Assembly: GCA_964016885.1 (NCBI GenBank)
Contig: OZ024741.1
Span: 50,220,001-50,284,000 of the forward strand
From: Eledone cirrhosa
Lineage: Eukaryota
Length of the DNA: 64,000 bases
Direction: 5' to 3'
Positions 25,602 to 42,096 of this stretch are shown one piece after another. The notes under the pieces were generated by a model. That model was not told the origin of the DNA, did not search any database, and was given only the letters and a program-made list of their open reading frames with translations. Both the position numbers and the translations under genes were made by a program. Each line of letters opens with the position of its first letter. Within the stretch, counting starts at the first letter, position 1.

Positions 25602-26737
25602 CTAAATGCAAAGTATGGGTGCATAAAAGATGTAGTGGGATCACAGGTAAGCTAACTAAGAACATAGATTTTACATGTGGCCGGTGTTCTGGTGCAATAA
25701 GTAGCAGCAAGTGCCCACAAAATACTAGCTCTTTCAATTGCGCAGAGGGTTCTATAGAAATAGTGGACAGCTTCCGTTACCTGGGCGATAAAATCAGCAG
25801 TGGGGGAGGGTGCTCTGAAAGTACTGTAGCTAGAGTCAGAACTGGTTGGAAAAAGTTCAGAGAGCTTATACCACTATTAGCTGCTAAAGGGTTCTCCCTA
25901 AAAATGAAAGGCAGGTTGTACGATGCCTGCATACGAACAGCAATGCTGCATGGCAGTGAGACCTGGGCATTGTGTGCAGAGGATATACGCAGACTAGAGA
26001 GGAACGAAGCTTGCATGCTCCGCTGGATGTGCAATAGTAATATACGTGAACGGCAAAGCATAAACGAACTAAGGAAAAAATTAGAGATAAGAGAGATCAG
26101 ATGTTGTTTACTCGAGAGAAGGCTACGTTGGTATGGACACGTGATGCGCATGAAAGTCGATAGCTGTATAACAAAGTGCAGGGCAATAAAGATAGACGGT
26201 AGTCACGGAATAGGCAGACCTAGAAAAACCTGGGACGAGCTGATAAACTCCGACATCACACACTTACACCTCTCCAAGACAATGTCACTGGACCGAGACC
26301 TTTGGCGGTACTCAGTAACAGAGAAGACCCGCCTTACCTAAATATATAGTAAAACCTACTCCAGCCAGTAGGCATCTCTAACAAAATACACCCCGTCCCA
26401 CCACCACCACCCCCACCCCATCCACACCACCCCGTTCTATGTAAAGTTATGTTGGTGCCGCGCCATCGAGGCCGAAACAAATGAGATCGTGTAGGTGTAA
26501 CGACAAAAAAACACACAGTCCACGCTGTAATGTGGCCGTGTAGGCAACACGGTAAAAACCTCCCAGACCAACACTGTAAATGTGGTTGGTGTTAGGAAGG
26601 GCATCCAACTGTAGAAAACCTGCCAGACAGTCCTATGCGAGCAAGACAATCACTCTTGCCTCAAGTGGGACTACCCCCGTCCAAACCCATGCAAGCGTGG
26701 AACACGGACGTTAAACGTTGATGATGATGATGATGAT
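25602..26737 (+). mobile_element. RTE-A LINE copy, 5'-truncated
   Basis: ORF 25619-26341, 3'UTR and (GAT)n tail. Confidence 0.92.
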
Positions 26738-26863
26738 ACATATATATATACATATATATATATATACATACATATATATATATATATACATACATATATA
26801 TATATACATACATATATATATATATATATATACATACATACATATATATATATACATACATAC

Positions 26864-26908
<45 letters not shown>

Positions 26909-26909
26909 C

Positions 26910-26984
<75 letters not shown>

Positions 26985-27703
26985 CATACATATATATACA
27001 TACATACATACATACATATATATATACATACATACATATATATATATACATACATACATATATATATATACATACATACATATATATATACATACATACA
27101 TATATATATATACATACATACATATATATATATACATACATACATATATATATACATACATACATATATATATACATACATACATATATATATACATACA
27201 TATATATATATATATACATACATATATATATATATATACATACATATATATATATATATACATACATATATATATATATATATACATACATATATATATA
27301 TATATATACATACATATATATATATATATACATACATATATATATATATATACATACATATATATATATATATACATACATATATATATATATATACATA
27401 CATATATATATATATATACATACATATATATATATATACATACATATATATATATATACATACATATATATATATATACATACATACATATATATATAGA
27501 TATACATACATATATACATATATATACATACATATATATATATATATACATACATATATATATATATATACATACATATATATATATATATACATACATA
27601 TATATATATATATACATACATATATATATATATATACATACATATATATATATATACATACATATATATATATATATACATACATATATATATATATACA
27701 TAC

Positions 27704-27752
<49 letters not shown>

Positions 27753-27753
27753 C

Positions 27754-30011
27754 ATGACCAAAAACGTGAGGTGTTCAGGATTGCTAGGCAATGCGTCAAG
27801 GAAAACCGTGATATTGTCGGGGAGAAGTGTGTACTAAACGACGATGGCACACTTGCCATCACCGACGCTGATAAGAAGGTAGCTTGGAAGTGTCACAAAA
27901 TGAGGAGAATAAATGGGAGAAAGACAGTCTCCCCCATATCGACCCAATAGAGGGACCAGCAGTGTTAGTCGAGGGGAGTATAATAAGTAAGGCAATCAAG
28001 GATATGAAGACGGGTAAGGCGGCTGGGCCTTCGGAAATAGTTGCTGAGATGCTGAAGGCATCTGGCACGGTGGGACACACCATGGTCACCCGCATAGTTA
28101 ACCAAGTCGTACAGAATGGGGTTGTTCCGAAGGACTGGCATAGCAGCATCATCGTTAACTGTTATAAGGGTAAAGGAGACGCCCTAGATAGGAGTAACTA
28201 TAGAGGCATTAAATTAATCGACCAGGTCATGAAGGTCACGGAAAAAGTAATAGCGCAACTAATCAGAGAGAGAATTGACCTAGATGAAATGCAGTTCGGG
28301 TTTGTGTCAGGCAAAAGTACCACAGACGCTCTTTTCATAGTACGACAACTACAGGAGAAGTACCTAGCTAAAGGTAAACCCCTATACTTAGCTTTTGTCG
28401 ACTTGGAGAAAGCCTTCGACAGAGTCCCCCGCTCCATTATCTGGTGGGCTCTTAGAAAACTAGGCGTTGACGAATGGCTTGTGAGGGCTATACAAGCGAT
28501 GTATAAAGAAACAGTCAGCAAGGTTAGAATTAACAACGAATATAGTGAAGAGTTTAGCGTAAAAGTTGGCGTCCATCAGGGCTCTGTTCTCAGCCCACTA
28601 CTATTTATTATTGCCCTTCAGGCTATAACAGAGGAGTTCAAGACAGGCTGCCCATGGGAACTCCTATACGCAGACGACCTGACACTCATAGCAGAATCAA
28701 TGGCCGAGCTAGAGAAGAAATTCCAAACATGGAAGCACGGCCTAGAGTCAAAAGAACTTAAAATTAACCTGGCTAAGACCAAAGTACTAGTTTGTAGGAA
28801 AGAAAACAAGGCGGCGGTCCCTTCTGGGAAATGGTCGTGCTCGGTGTGTAGGAAAGGCGTAGGTAGAAACTCCATTTTATGTCCTAAATGCAAAGAATGG
28901 GTGCATAAAAGATGTAGTGGGATCACAGGTAAGCTAACTAAGAACATAGATTTTACATGTGGCCGGTGCTCTGGTGCAATAAGTAGCAGCAAGTGCCCAC
29001 AATATACTAGCTCTTTCAATTGCGCAGAGGGTTCTATAGAAATAGTGGACAGCTTCCGTTACCTGGGCGATAAAATCAGCAGTGGGGGAGGGTGCTCTGA
29101 AAGTACTGTAGCTAGAGTCAGAACTGGTTGGAAAAAGTTCAGAGAGCTTATACCACTATTAGCTGCTAAAGGGTTCTCCCTAAAAATGAAAGGCAGGTTG
29201 TACGATGCCTGCATACGAACAGCAATGCTGCATGGCAGTGAGACCTGGGCATTGTGTGCAGAGGATATACGCAGACTAGAGAGGAACGAAGCTTGCATGC
29301 TCCGCTGGATGTGTAACAGTAATATACGTGAACGGCAAAGCATAAACGAACTAAGGAAAAAATTAGAGATAAGAGGGATCAGATGTTGTTTACTCGAGAG
29401 AAGGCTACGTTGGTATGGACACGTGATGCGCATGAAAGTCGATAGCTGTATAACAAAGTGCAGGGCAATAAAGATAGACGGTAGTCACGGAATAGGCAGA
29501 CCTAGAAAAACCTGGGACGAGCTGATAAACTCCGACATCACACACTTACACCTCTCCAAGACAATGTCACTGGACCGAGACCTTTGGCGGTACTCAGTAA
29601 CAGAGAAGACCCGCCTTACCTAAATATATAGTAAAACCTACTCCAGCCAGTAGGCATCTCTAACAAAATACACCCCGTCCCACCACCACCACCCCATCCA
29701 CACCACCCCGTTCTATGTAAAGTTATGCTGGTGCTGCGCCATCGAGGCCGAAACAAATGAGATCGTGTAGGTGTCACGACAAAAAAACACACAGTCCACG
29801 CTGTAATGTGGCCGTGTAGGCAACACGGTAAAAACCTCCCAGACCCACACTGTAAATGTGGTTGGTGTTAGGAAGGGCATCCAACTGTAGAAAACCTGCC
29901 AGACAGTCCTATGCGAGCAAGAGAATCACTCTTGCCTCAAGCGGGACTACCCCCGTCCAAACCCATGCAAGCGTGGAACACGGACGTTAAACGTTGATGA
30001 TGATGATGATG
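27754..30011 (+). mobile_element. RTE-A LINE copy with intact RT, PHD and C-terminus (ORF 27884-29623), 5'-truncated
   Basis: [27 protein letters not shown] and LLYADD motifs, PHD finger at 28838-28969, RLRWYGHV, and (GAT)n tail. Confidence 0.95.
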
Positions 30012-30074
30012 CATACATATATATATATATACATACATACATATATATATATATATACATACATATATATATAT

Positions 30075-30105
<31 letters not shown>

Positions 30106-30240
30106 CATACATATATATATACATACATATATATATACATACATATATATATACATACATATATATATACATACATATATATATACATACATATATATAT
30201 ACATACATATATATATACATACATATATATATATATATAT

Positions 30241-30280
<40 letters not shown>

Positions 30281-30284
<4 letters not shown>

Positions 30285-31400
30285 ATACTTTGGGAGGGTC
30301 ATGTTGCCAATAAGAAACACACGCACCAGTTGCTTTCACTTCAATTTATTATGATAAATTTATAATAAATTTATAAATTTCTGGTTGGTTGGTTGGTTCC
30401 ACAACCAGATAGTAGTTTATATATTGTCAGTTCTTTCGTCACACACTCTGTGACCTCTTCAGTGACTGGGGATTCCTTTTTTTGTTTCTGTGCCTCTCCT
30501 TTGTTCTGTCCTACGCCATTTTGTTTCTGTGTGTGTCGTGCACTCAGTCTGCGCATGCGCCACATCCTGGTGTCTGTGTGTGTTTATGTTCATTTATTTA
30601 TTTGTTTATTTACATGTTACTGGTTGGTTGTTTGTTCTATGTGTGTGTGTGTTTTCATTTTGTCCTTAATTGTAAGTTGTGATGTTGCTGTTCCACTCAT
30701 ATTTTCTATTTAATTTTGGTTGTAATTCTTTTATGTTTATTGCCTCTGTAATTTGTCTAAACATTGCGTCTTTTCTGTGTGTAGATTCTATTTTTATTTC
30801 TATGTTCTCTAAATTTACCCTTGTGTTCTATTTTAACATGTTGGTAGAGTACAGATGATTCTTTACTATCTTGAAGGTCTCGCCAGTGTTCATTTATCCG
30901 TTCCCCTACACTACGAGCTGTCTCACCTATGTACACTATATTTTTGTCTCTACATTGGCCTTCACTACATCTTATGCTATACACTACATTTCTAGTTTTA
31001 CAGTTAATATGGGGGCTTATTTTACAGGTTATACATTTCTTATCTATACATGAGGGTCTTTGAAAAGGGTATGTCTTGCTTATAAGTGTTTTTACGGAGG
31101 TACCTGGTCTTTCTACTATCTTAATATTGAGTTTATGTTTATTTAGGGCCCTTCTAAATTTGTAAGCTAATTCACCTCTAGGGGTTGTATCGATGAACAT
31201 TACACTCTGGTATTTATTGCTATCATACCATGAGTTTATTCTATTAGCCTTGTTCCTAGTTCTTTCTATTCTATTCCAAAATTTGCTCCTATACAAGGGG
31301 CAGGTCCCATTTATGTCATTATTTACCATTTTTTCCCATTTGGTTCTGGCTCCTCTATACACTCTGATTCTATCTCTCTGATTGTAGCCAGAGAACTGCA
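30281..31400 (-). mobile_element. Second Penelope-like element (3' part): thumb/linker, GIY-YIG and terminal repeat with a degenerate HHR (30426-30466)
   Basis: SGY, PLYR, IVERPG, C...C..C...C, NVVYSIRC...[17 protein letters not shown] and SVLYQH motifs. The terminus matches the 62104-62512 arms. Confidence 0.88.
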
Positions 31401-31497
31401 TACATATATATATATATACATATATATACATATACATATATACATATACATATATATACATATACATATATATACATATACATATATATACATATAC

Positions 31498-31560
<63 letters not shown>

Positions 31561-31703
31561 CATATATATATATACATATATATACATATACATATATATA
31601 CATATACATATATACATATATATATACATATATATACATATACATATATATATATATACATATATATATATACATACATATATTTCCATATATATATATA
31701 TAC

Positions 31704-31736
<33 letters not shown>

Positions 31737-32347
31737 CATATATATACATACATATATATACATATATATATATACATATATATACATACATATATACACA
31801 TATACATACATATATATATATATACATATATACACATATACATACATATATATATATATATACATACATATATATATATATATACATACATATATATATA
31901 TATATACATACATATATATATATATATATACATACATATATATATATATATATACATACATATATATATATATATACATACATATATATATATATATATA
32001 CATACATATATATATATATACATACATATATATATATATATATACATACATATATATATATATATACATACATATATATATATATATACATACATATATA
32101 TATATATATATACATACATATATATATATATATACATACATATATATATATATATACATACATATATATATATATATACATACATATATATATATATATA
32201 CATACATACATATATATATATACATACATACATATATATATATATACATATATATAGATATATATACATATATATATATACATATATATATATACATATA
32301 TATACATATATATATATACATATATATACATATATATCCATATATAT

Positions 32348-34458
32348 ACATGGTGGTGGAACAGTAAGGTGGAGGAGTCGATTAAGGCCAAAAAGGCTTG
32401 GAAAGTATGGCAGGATGGGGGAAGTAGAAAGACTATCAAGTGGCCAGGAGGGAAGCTAGGAGACAAGTGTACTTCGCAAGAAGTGAAGCAGAGGAAAGAA
32501 AGTTCAAGCATGTTCTACAACGCGAGGACCAAAAACGTGAGGTGTTCAGGATTGCTAGGCAATGTGTCATGGAAAACCGTGATATTGTCGGGGAGAAGTG
32601 TGTACTAAATGATGATGGCGTACTTGCCATCACCGACGCTGATAAGAAGGTAGCTTGCAAGTGTCCCTACGAAAGGCTACTAAATGAGGAGAATAAATGG
32701 GAGAAGGACAGTCTCCCCCACATCGACCCAATAGAGGGACCAGCAGTGTTAGTCGAGGGTAGTATAATAAGTAAGGCAATCAAAGATATGAAGACGGGTA
32801 AGGCGGCTGGGCCTTCGGAAATAGTTGCTGAGATGCTGAAAGCCTCTGGAACGGTGGGATATACCATGGTCACCCGGATAGTAAACCAAGTCATACAGAA
32901 TGGGGTTGTTCCGAAGGACTGGCGTAGCAACATCATCATTAACTGTTACAAGGGTAAAGGAGATGCCCTAGATAGGAGTAACTATAGAGGCATTAAATTA
33001 ATCGACCAGGTCATGAAGGTCACAGAAAAAGTAATAGTACAACTAATCAGAGAGAGAATTGATCTAGATGAAATGCAGTTCGGGTTTGTGTCAGGAAAAA
33101 GTACCACAGACGCTCTTTTCATTGTACGACAACTACAGGAGAAGTACCTAGCTAAAAGTAAACCCCTATACTTAGCTTTTGTCGACTTGGAGAAAGCCTT
33201 CGACAGAGTCCCCCGTTCCATTATCTGGTGGGCTCTTAGAAAACTAGGTGTTGATGAATGGCTTGTGAGAGCTATACAAGCCATGTATAAAGAAACAGTC
33301 AGCAAGGTTAGAATTAACAACGAATATAGTGAAGAGTTTAGCGTAAAAGTTGGTGTTCATCAGGGCTCTGTTCTTAGCCCCCTACTATTTATTATTGGCC
33401 TTCAGGCTATAACAGTGGAGTCCAAGACCGGCTGCCCATGGGAACTCCTACACGCAGATGATCACACGCTCATAGCTGAATCAATGGCCGAGCTAGAGAA
33501 GAAATTCCAAACATGGAAGCACGGCCTAGAATCAAAAGGCCTTAAAATTAACCTGGCTAAGACTAAAGTTCTAGTTTGTAGGAAAGAAAATAAGGCGGCG
33601 GTCCCTTCCGAGAAATGGCCATGCTCAGTGTGTAGGAAAAGCGTAGGTAGAAACTCCATTTTATGTCCCAAATGCAAAGTATGGGTGCATAAAAGATATA
33701 GTGGGATCACAGGTAAGCTAACTAAGAACATAGATTTCACATGTGGCCGGTGCTCTGGTGCAATAAGTAGGAGCAAGTGCCCACAAAATACTAACTCTTT
33801 CAATTGCGCAGAGGGTTCTATAGAAATAGTGGAAAGCTTCTGTTACCTGGGTGACAAAATCAGCAGTGGGGGAGGGTGCTCTGAAAGTACAGTAGCTAGA
33901 GTCAGAACTGGATGGAAAAAGTTCAGAGAGCTTATACCACTATTAGCCGCTAAAGGGTTTTCTCAAAAAATGAAAGGCAGGCTGTAGGCAACTCTGACAA
34001 AATACACCCCTATCCCCCCACCCCCCATCCCATCCACACCGCACCTTTCAATGTAAAGTTATGTTAGTGCCACAACATCCAGGCCGAAACAAATGAGATC
34101 GTGTAGGTGTCACGACAAAAAAAAACACAGTCCACGCTGTAATGTGGCCGTGTAGGCAACACGGTAAAAACCTCCCAGTCCCACACTGTAAATGTGGTTG
34201 GTGTTAGGAAGGGCATCCAGCTGTAGAAAACCCGCCAGACAGTCCACGCTGTAATGTGGCCGTTTAGGCAACACGGTAAAAACCTCCCAGCCCCACACTG
34301 TAAATGTGGTTGGTGTTAGGAAGGGCATCCAGCTGTAGAAAACCCGCCAGACAGTCCTATGCGAGCAAGACAACCACTCTTGCGTCAAGTGGGAAAACTC
34401 CCGTCCAAACCTATGCAAACGTGGAACATGGACGTTAAACGATGATGATGATGATGAT
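32348..34458 (+). mobile_element. RTE-A LINE copy, more diverged, with an internal deletion joining the ORF (KGRL) to the 3'UTR and two UTR units
   Basis: ORF 32440-33987 has HADD in place of YADD. The junction ggcaggctgtaggcaactct skips ~460 bp. Confidence 0.92.
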
Positions 34459-34496
34459 ATATATACATATACATACATATATATATATATATATAT

Positions 34497-35716
34497 CCAG
34501 CCTGAGATGGAGAAGAGGCTCAGGGACAAACAGAACGGCTTCAGAGAGGGAAGATCAACCCCCAGTCACATCCTGATGCTGAAGAGGATATTAGAGGGAA
34601 CTAGAGCAAAGTGCCTTCCTGCAGTCATGGTTTTCATTGACTTTAGGAAGACATTTGATTCTGTGGACTGTCACTGCCTGATGAAGATCTTACAGGCTTA
34701 TGGAATCCCCAAGAAGATAGTGAACCTGATATCACTGCTCTACACCAACACCAAAGCCAAAGTCATTACACCTGATGGGATGACAGAGTTCTTCAAGATA
34801 CTGGCTGGAGTGCTCCAGGGAGATACATTGGCTCCCTACCTTTTTATCCTCATAGTGGACTATTGTATGCGCTTTGCACTGGAGAAACACCAGGACTCTG
34901 GATTTACTGTAGCACCGGCTCAGAGTAGGAGAGTTAAGGCGAAAAAGGTATCGGATGCTTTGCCGACGACATAGTTTTCGTGACAAATACAGTGAAGGAG
35001 GCAGAGGATTTGATGCGGGAGGTTGAGACTGTGTCGATGAGTGTGGGGCTGAGAATGAATGAGACTAAAACAAAATATCTGGTAGAGAATGTTGAGAAGC
35101 CAGAGGGGATCACTAATGTAGGCGGGAAGCCGCTAGAATTGGTTGAGGGCTTCCTGTATTTGGGAGCAAAGATTGGGAATATGGAAGATGATGTGGTTGA
35201 GAGGAAGAGCAAAGCATGGGTGGCGTGCCACAGCTTGGAATCGGTGTGGAAGTCGGACCTTCGTAAAGACCTGAAAATCTGCCTCTTCGTTGCTGTAGTG
35301 GAGCCTGTGCTGCTCTACGGGTCTGAGACTTGGACACTGACCAAGAAACTCACTCAGATGGTGGATGGGTGCTACACGAGATGCTGAGGATGGCTCTGAA
35401 CATTAATCAGTATACACTGAGGATGAAAAACTCAGAGCTGTATGGGAGCATCCCAAAAGTCAGCTCAAAAGTGACAGAGAGGAGACTGAGGTTAGCTGGA
35501 TATGCTCACCGACATCCAGAGTTGACATTGCACTCAGTGCTCCTGTGGGAGCCCCTACATGGACACACTAGAAGAGGAAGACCAAGGTTAACCTATGTTG
35601 ATGCCCTAAGGACAGACACTGGTCTGTTGGAGACACAGGACATGGCAGCGATAATGAGGGACAGAGACCGTTGGAGAGAACTCGTCCATGGATCTCGGGA
35701 ATTTTACCCGCCTTAG
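34497..35716 (+). mobile_element. Frameshifted RTE-superfamily LINE (RTEX-like), 5'-truncated
   Basis: QNGFREGRST, FIDFRKTFD, LQGDTLAPYLF, FADDI (frameshifted), LLYGSETW, RRLRLAGY and [11 protein letters not shown] motifs. Confidence 0.82.
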
Positions 35717-35772
35717 ATATATATATATACACACATATATATATATATACACACATATATATATATACACAC

Positions 35773-35815
<43 letters not shown>

Positions 35816-36078
35816 TATATACATATACATATATATACACACACACATATATATACATATATATACATATATATATACACACACATATATACATATATAT
35901 ATATATATACACACACATATATACATATATATATATATATACACACACATATATACATATATATATATATATACACACACATACATATATATATATATAC
36001 ACACACATACATATATATATATATACACACACATACATATATATATATATATACACACACATACATATATATATATAT

Positions 36079-36125
<47 letters not shown>

Positions 36126-36312
36126 TATATATACACACATATATACATATACACATACATATACACATATACACACATATATATGTACACACATATATAC
36201 ATATACATATACACACATATATATATACACACATATATATACATATACATATATATATACACATATATATATATACACATATATACACATATATATACAT
36301 ATATATATATAC

Positions 36313-39048
36313 ACACTAAATCCCTCCCCCATGAAGAATGCACCTCCCAACATAGACTGATAATTAGCGACCTCATAGTCAGGACGAGACGTACCCGACA
36401 GCAGAAGAGGACTATCCTCAGGAGGAAAATATGGAAACTAAAGGACCCCACAGCCAGAAATAAATTTCAAAGCATATTACTTGATGCTTTCGACAGTAAG
36501 GAAGAGCATCTAGAATCGGACAATATAGAGGGACAGTGGAAATTTCTGAAAGCAAACCTGCTGTTGGCGACAGACGAGGTCTGTGGCTGGAGCAGGCCTG
36601 TAGGCAGGAGGAGAGTAACATGGTGGTGGAACAATAGGGTGGAGGGGTCAATTAAGGCCAAAAAGCAGGCTTGGAAAGTATGGCGGGATGGGGGAAGTAG
36701 AGTAGACTATCAAGTGGCCAGGAGGGAAGCTAGGAGAGAAGTGTACTTAGCAAGAAGGGAAGCTGAGGAAAGAAAGTTCAAGCATGTTCTACAACGCGAT
36801 GACCAAAAACGTGAGGTGTTCAGGATTGCCAGGCAATGCGTCAAGGAAAACCGTGATATTGTCGGGGAGAAGTGTGTACTTAACGATGATGGCATACTTG
36901 CCATCACCGACACTGATAAGAAGGTAGCTTGGAAGTGTCACTATGAAAGGCTACTAAATGAGGAGAATAAATGGGAGAAAGACAGTCTCCCCCATATCGA
37001 CCCGATAGAGGGACCAGCAGTGTTAGTCGAGGGGAGTATAATAAGTAAGGCAATCAAGGATATGAAGACTGGTAAGGCGGCTGGGCCTTCGGAAATAGTT
37101 GCTGAGATGCTGAAGGCATCTGGCACGGTGGGACACACCATGGTCACCCGCATAGTTAACCAAGTCGTACAGAATGGGGTTGTTCCGAAGGACTGGCATA
37201 GCAGCATCATCGTTAACTGTTATAAGGGTAAAGGAGACGCCCTAGATAGGAGTAACTATAGAGGCATTAAATTAATCGACCAGGTCATGAAGGTCACGGA
37301 AAAAGTAATAGCGCAACTAAACAGAGAGAGAATTGATCTAGATGAAATGCAGTTCGGGTTTGTGTCAGGCAAAAGCACCACAGACGCTCTTTTCATAGTA
37401 CGACAACTACAGGAGAAGTACCTAGCTAAAGGTAAACCCCTCTACTTAGCTTTTGTCGACCTGGAGAAAGCCTTCGACAGAGTCCCCCGCTCCATTATCT
37501 GGTGGGCTCTTAGAAAACTAGGCGTTGACGAATGGCTTGTGAGGGCTATACAAGCCATGTATAAAGAAACAGTCAGCAAGGTTAGAATTAACAACGAATA
37601 TAGTGAAGAGTTTAGCGTAAAAGTTGGCGTCCATCAGGGCTCTGTTCTCAGCCCCCTACTATTTATTATTGCCCTTCAGGCTATAACAGAGGAGTTCAAG
37701 ACAGGCTGCCCATGGGAACTCCTATACGCAGACGACCTGACACTCATAGCGGAATCAATGGCCGAGCTAGAGAAGAAATTCCAAACATGGAAGCACGGCC
37801 TAGAGTCAAAAGGACTTAAAATTAACCTGGCTAAGACCAAAGTTCTAGTTTGTAGGAAAGAAAACAAGGCGGCGGTCCCTTCTGGGAAATGGTCGTGCTC
37901 GGTATGTAGGAAAGGCGTAGGTAGAAACTCCATCTTATGTCCTAAATGCAAAGTATGGGTGCATAAAAGATGTAGTGGGATCACAGGTAAGCTAACTAAG
38001 AACATAGATTTTACATGTGGCCGGTGTTCTGGTGCAATAAGTAGCAGCAAGTGCCCACAAAATACTAGCTCTTTCAATTGCGCAGAGGGTTCTATAGAAA
38101 TAGTGGACAGCTTCCGTTACCTGGGCGATAAAATCAGCAGTGGGGGAGGGTGCTCTGAAAGTACTGTAGCTAGAGTCAGAACTGGTTGGAAAAAGTTCAG
38201 AGAGCTTATACCACTATTAGCTGCTAAAGGGTTCTCCCTAAAAATGAAAGGCAGGTTGTACGATGCCTGCATACGAACAGCAATGTTGCATGGTAGTGAG
38301 ACCTGGGCATTGTGTGCAGAGGATATACGCAGACTAGAGAGGAACGAAGCTTGCATGCTCCGCTGGATGTGTAACAGTAATATACGTGAACGGCAAAGCA
38401 TAAACGAACTAAGGAAAAAATTAGAGATAAGAGGGATCAGATGTTGTTTACTCGAGAGGAGGCTGCGTTGGTATGGACACGTGATGCGCATGAAAGTCGA
38501 TAGCTGTATTACAAAGTGCAGGGCAATAAAGATAGACGGTAGCCACGGAATAGGCAGACCTAGAAAAACATGGGATGAGCTGATAAACTCCGACCTCACA
38601 CACTTACACCTCTCCAAGACAATGTCACTGGACCGTGACCTTTGGCGGTACTCAGTAACAGAGAAGACCCGCCTTGCCAGTAGGCATCTCTAACAAACTA
38701 CACCCCGTCCCGCCACCACCCCCACCCCATCCACACCACCCCGTTCCATGTAAAGTTATGTTGGTGCCGCGCCATCCAGGCCGAAACAAACGAGATCGTG
38801 TAGGTGTCACGACAAAAAAACACACAGTCCACGCTGTAATGTGGCCGTGTAGGCAACACAGTAAAAACCTCCCAGACCCACACTGTAAATGTGGTTGGTG
38901 TTAGGAAGGGCATCCAACTGTAGAAAACCTGCCAGACAGTCCTATGCGAGCAAGACAATCACTCTTGCCTCAAGTGGGACTACCCCCGTCCAAACCCATG
39001 CAAGCGTGGAACACGGACGTTAAACGTTGATGATGATGATGATGATGA
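36313..39048 (+). mobile_element. Longest RTE-A LINE copy, from the end of the APE domain through RT, PHD and C-terminus (open to 38693)
   Basis: SQHRLIISD (APE C-terminus), TWWWN, RT motifs, PHD at 37896-38027, 3'UTR and (GAT)n tail. Confidence 0.95.
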
Positions 39049-39317
39049 CATATATACACACATATATATACATATATATATATACACACATATATATATA
39101 TATACATATATACACACACACATATATATACATATACATATATATATATATACACACATATATATACATATATATATATACACACATATATATATATATA
39201 CATATATACACACACACACATATATATACATATACATATATATACACACACATATATATACACACACATATATACACACATATATATATATATATATATA
39301 CATATATATACATATAT

Positions 39318-39370
<53 letters not shown>

Positions 39371-39371
39371 C

Positions 39372-39408
<37 letters not shown>

Positions 39409-39472
39409 CATATATATACATATATATATATACACACACACACATATATATACACACACATATATACACACA

Positions 39473-39504
<32 letters not shown>

Positions 39505-39559
39505 CATATATATACATATATATACACACATATATATATATACACACATATATACACAC

Positions 39560-39632
<73 letters not shown>

Positions 39633-39949
39633 TATATACACATATATATATATATATATATACACATATATATATATATATACACATATATATATATATA
39701 TACACATATATACACACATATATATACATATATATATATACACATATATATATATATACACATATATACACACATATATATATACATATATATATATACA
39801 CATATATACATATATATATATACACACATATATATACATATACATATATATATATACACACACTCATATATATACATATATATATATATACATATATATA
39901 TATACACACACATATATATACACACACACATATATACACACACATATAT

Positions 39950-40002
<53 letters not shown>

Positions 40003-40005
40003 CAC

Positions 40006-40045
<40 letters not shown>

Positions 40046-40067
40046 GTATATGTATATATATATGTAT

Positions 40068-40114
40068 GTCATCGTTTAACGTCCATGTTCCACGCATGCA
40101 TGGGTTTGGACGGA
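40068..40114 (-). mobile_element. 47-bp RTE-A extreme 3' end inserted in a microsatellite
   Basis: Reads ccgtccaaacccatgcatgcgtggaacatggacgttaaacgatgac on the minus strand. Confidence 0.8.
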
Positions 40115-40125
40115 TATATATATAT

Positions 40126-40214
<89 letters not shown>

Positions 40215-40351
40215 CACACACATATATATATATATACACACACACATATATATATATATACACATATATATATATATATATATACACATATATATATATA
40301 TATACACATATATATATATATATACACACATATATATATATATATACACAC

Positions 40352-40452
<101 letters not shown>

Positions 40453-40661
40453 TATATATATATACACACACACATATATATACATATATATACACACACA
40501 TATATATATATATATACACATATATATACATATACATATATACACACACATATACATATACATATATACACACACATATATACATATACATATATATATA
40601 TATATACACACATATATATACACACATATATATATATACACACATATATATATACACACAT

Positions 40662-41483
40662 AGGCAGGTTGTACGATGCCTGCATATGAACAGCAATGTT
40701 GCATGGCAGTGAGACCTGGGCATTGTGTGCAGAGGATATACGCAGACTAGAGAGGAACGAAGCTTGCATGCTCCGCTGGATGTGTAACAGTAATATACGT
40801 GAACGGCAAAGCATAAACGAACTAAGGAAAAAATTAGAGATAAGAGGGATCAGATGTTGTTTACTCGAGAGAAGGCTACGTTGGTATGGACACGTGATGC
40901 GCATGAAAGTCGATAGCTGTATAACAAAGTGCAGGGCAATAAAGATAGACGGTAGCCACGGAATAGGCAGACCTAGAAAAACATGGGATGAGCTGATAAA
41001 CTCCGACCTCACACACTTACACCTCTCCAAGACAATGTCACTGGACCGAGACCTTTGGCGGTACTCAGTAACAGAGAAGACCCGCCTTACCTAAATATAT
41101 AGTAAAACCTACTCCAGCCAGTAGGCATCTCTAATAAAATAAACCCCGTCCCACCACCACCACCCCCACCCCATCCACACCACCCCGTTCTATGTAAAGT
41201 TATGTTGGTGCCGCGCCATCCAGTCGAAACAAATGAGATCGTGTAGGTGTCACGACAAAAAAACACACAGTCCACGCTGTAATGTGGCCGTGTAGGCAAC
41301 ACGGTAAAAACCTCCCAGACCCACACTGTAAATGTGGTTGGTGTTAGGAAGGGCATCTAACTGTAGAAAACCTGCCAGACAGTCCTATGCGAGCAAGACA
41401 ATCACTCTTGCCTCAAGTGGGACTACCCCCGTCCAAACCCATGCAAGCATGGAACACGGACGTTAAACGTTGATGATGATGAT
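40662..41483 (+). mobile_element. RTE-A LINE copy, 5'-truncated
   Basis: ORF 40696-41094, 3'UTR and (GAT)n tail. Confidence 0.92.
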
Positions 41484-42096
41484 ATACATTAACATATACA
41501 TATATATACACATATATATATATACACATATATATATATACATATACACATATATATATATACATATACTCATATATATATATATACATACATATACACA
41601 TATACTCATATATATACATATACATACATATACACATATATATATATACATATACATACATACATATACACATATATATATATACATATACATACATATA
41701 CACATATATATATATACATATACATACATATACACATATATATATATATATATATACATATACATACATATACACATATATATATATATATACATATACA
41801 TATACACATATATATATATATATACATATACATATACATACACATATATATACACATATACATATATATACATATATATATATATATACACATATATATA
41901 TATATACATACACACATACATATATATACACATACATATATATACATATATATACACATTTATACACATATATACATATACATATATACACATATATATG
42001 CATATACATATATACACACATATATTCATATACATATATACACACATATATATATGCATATACATATATACACATATATATACATACATATACATA

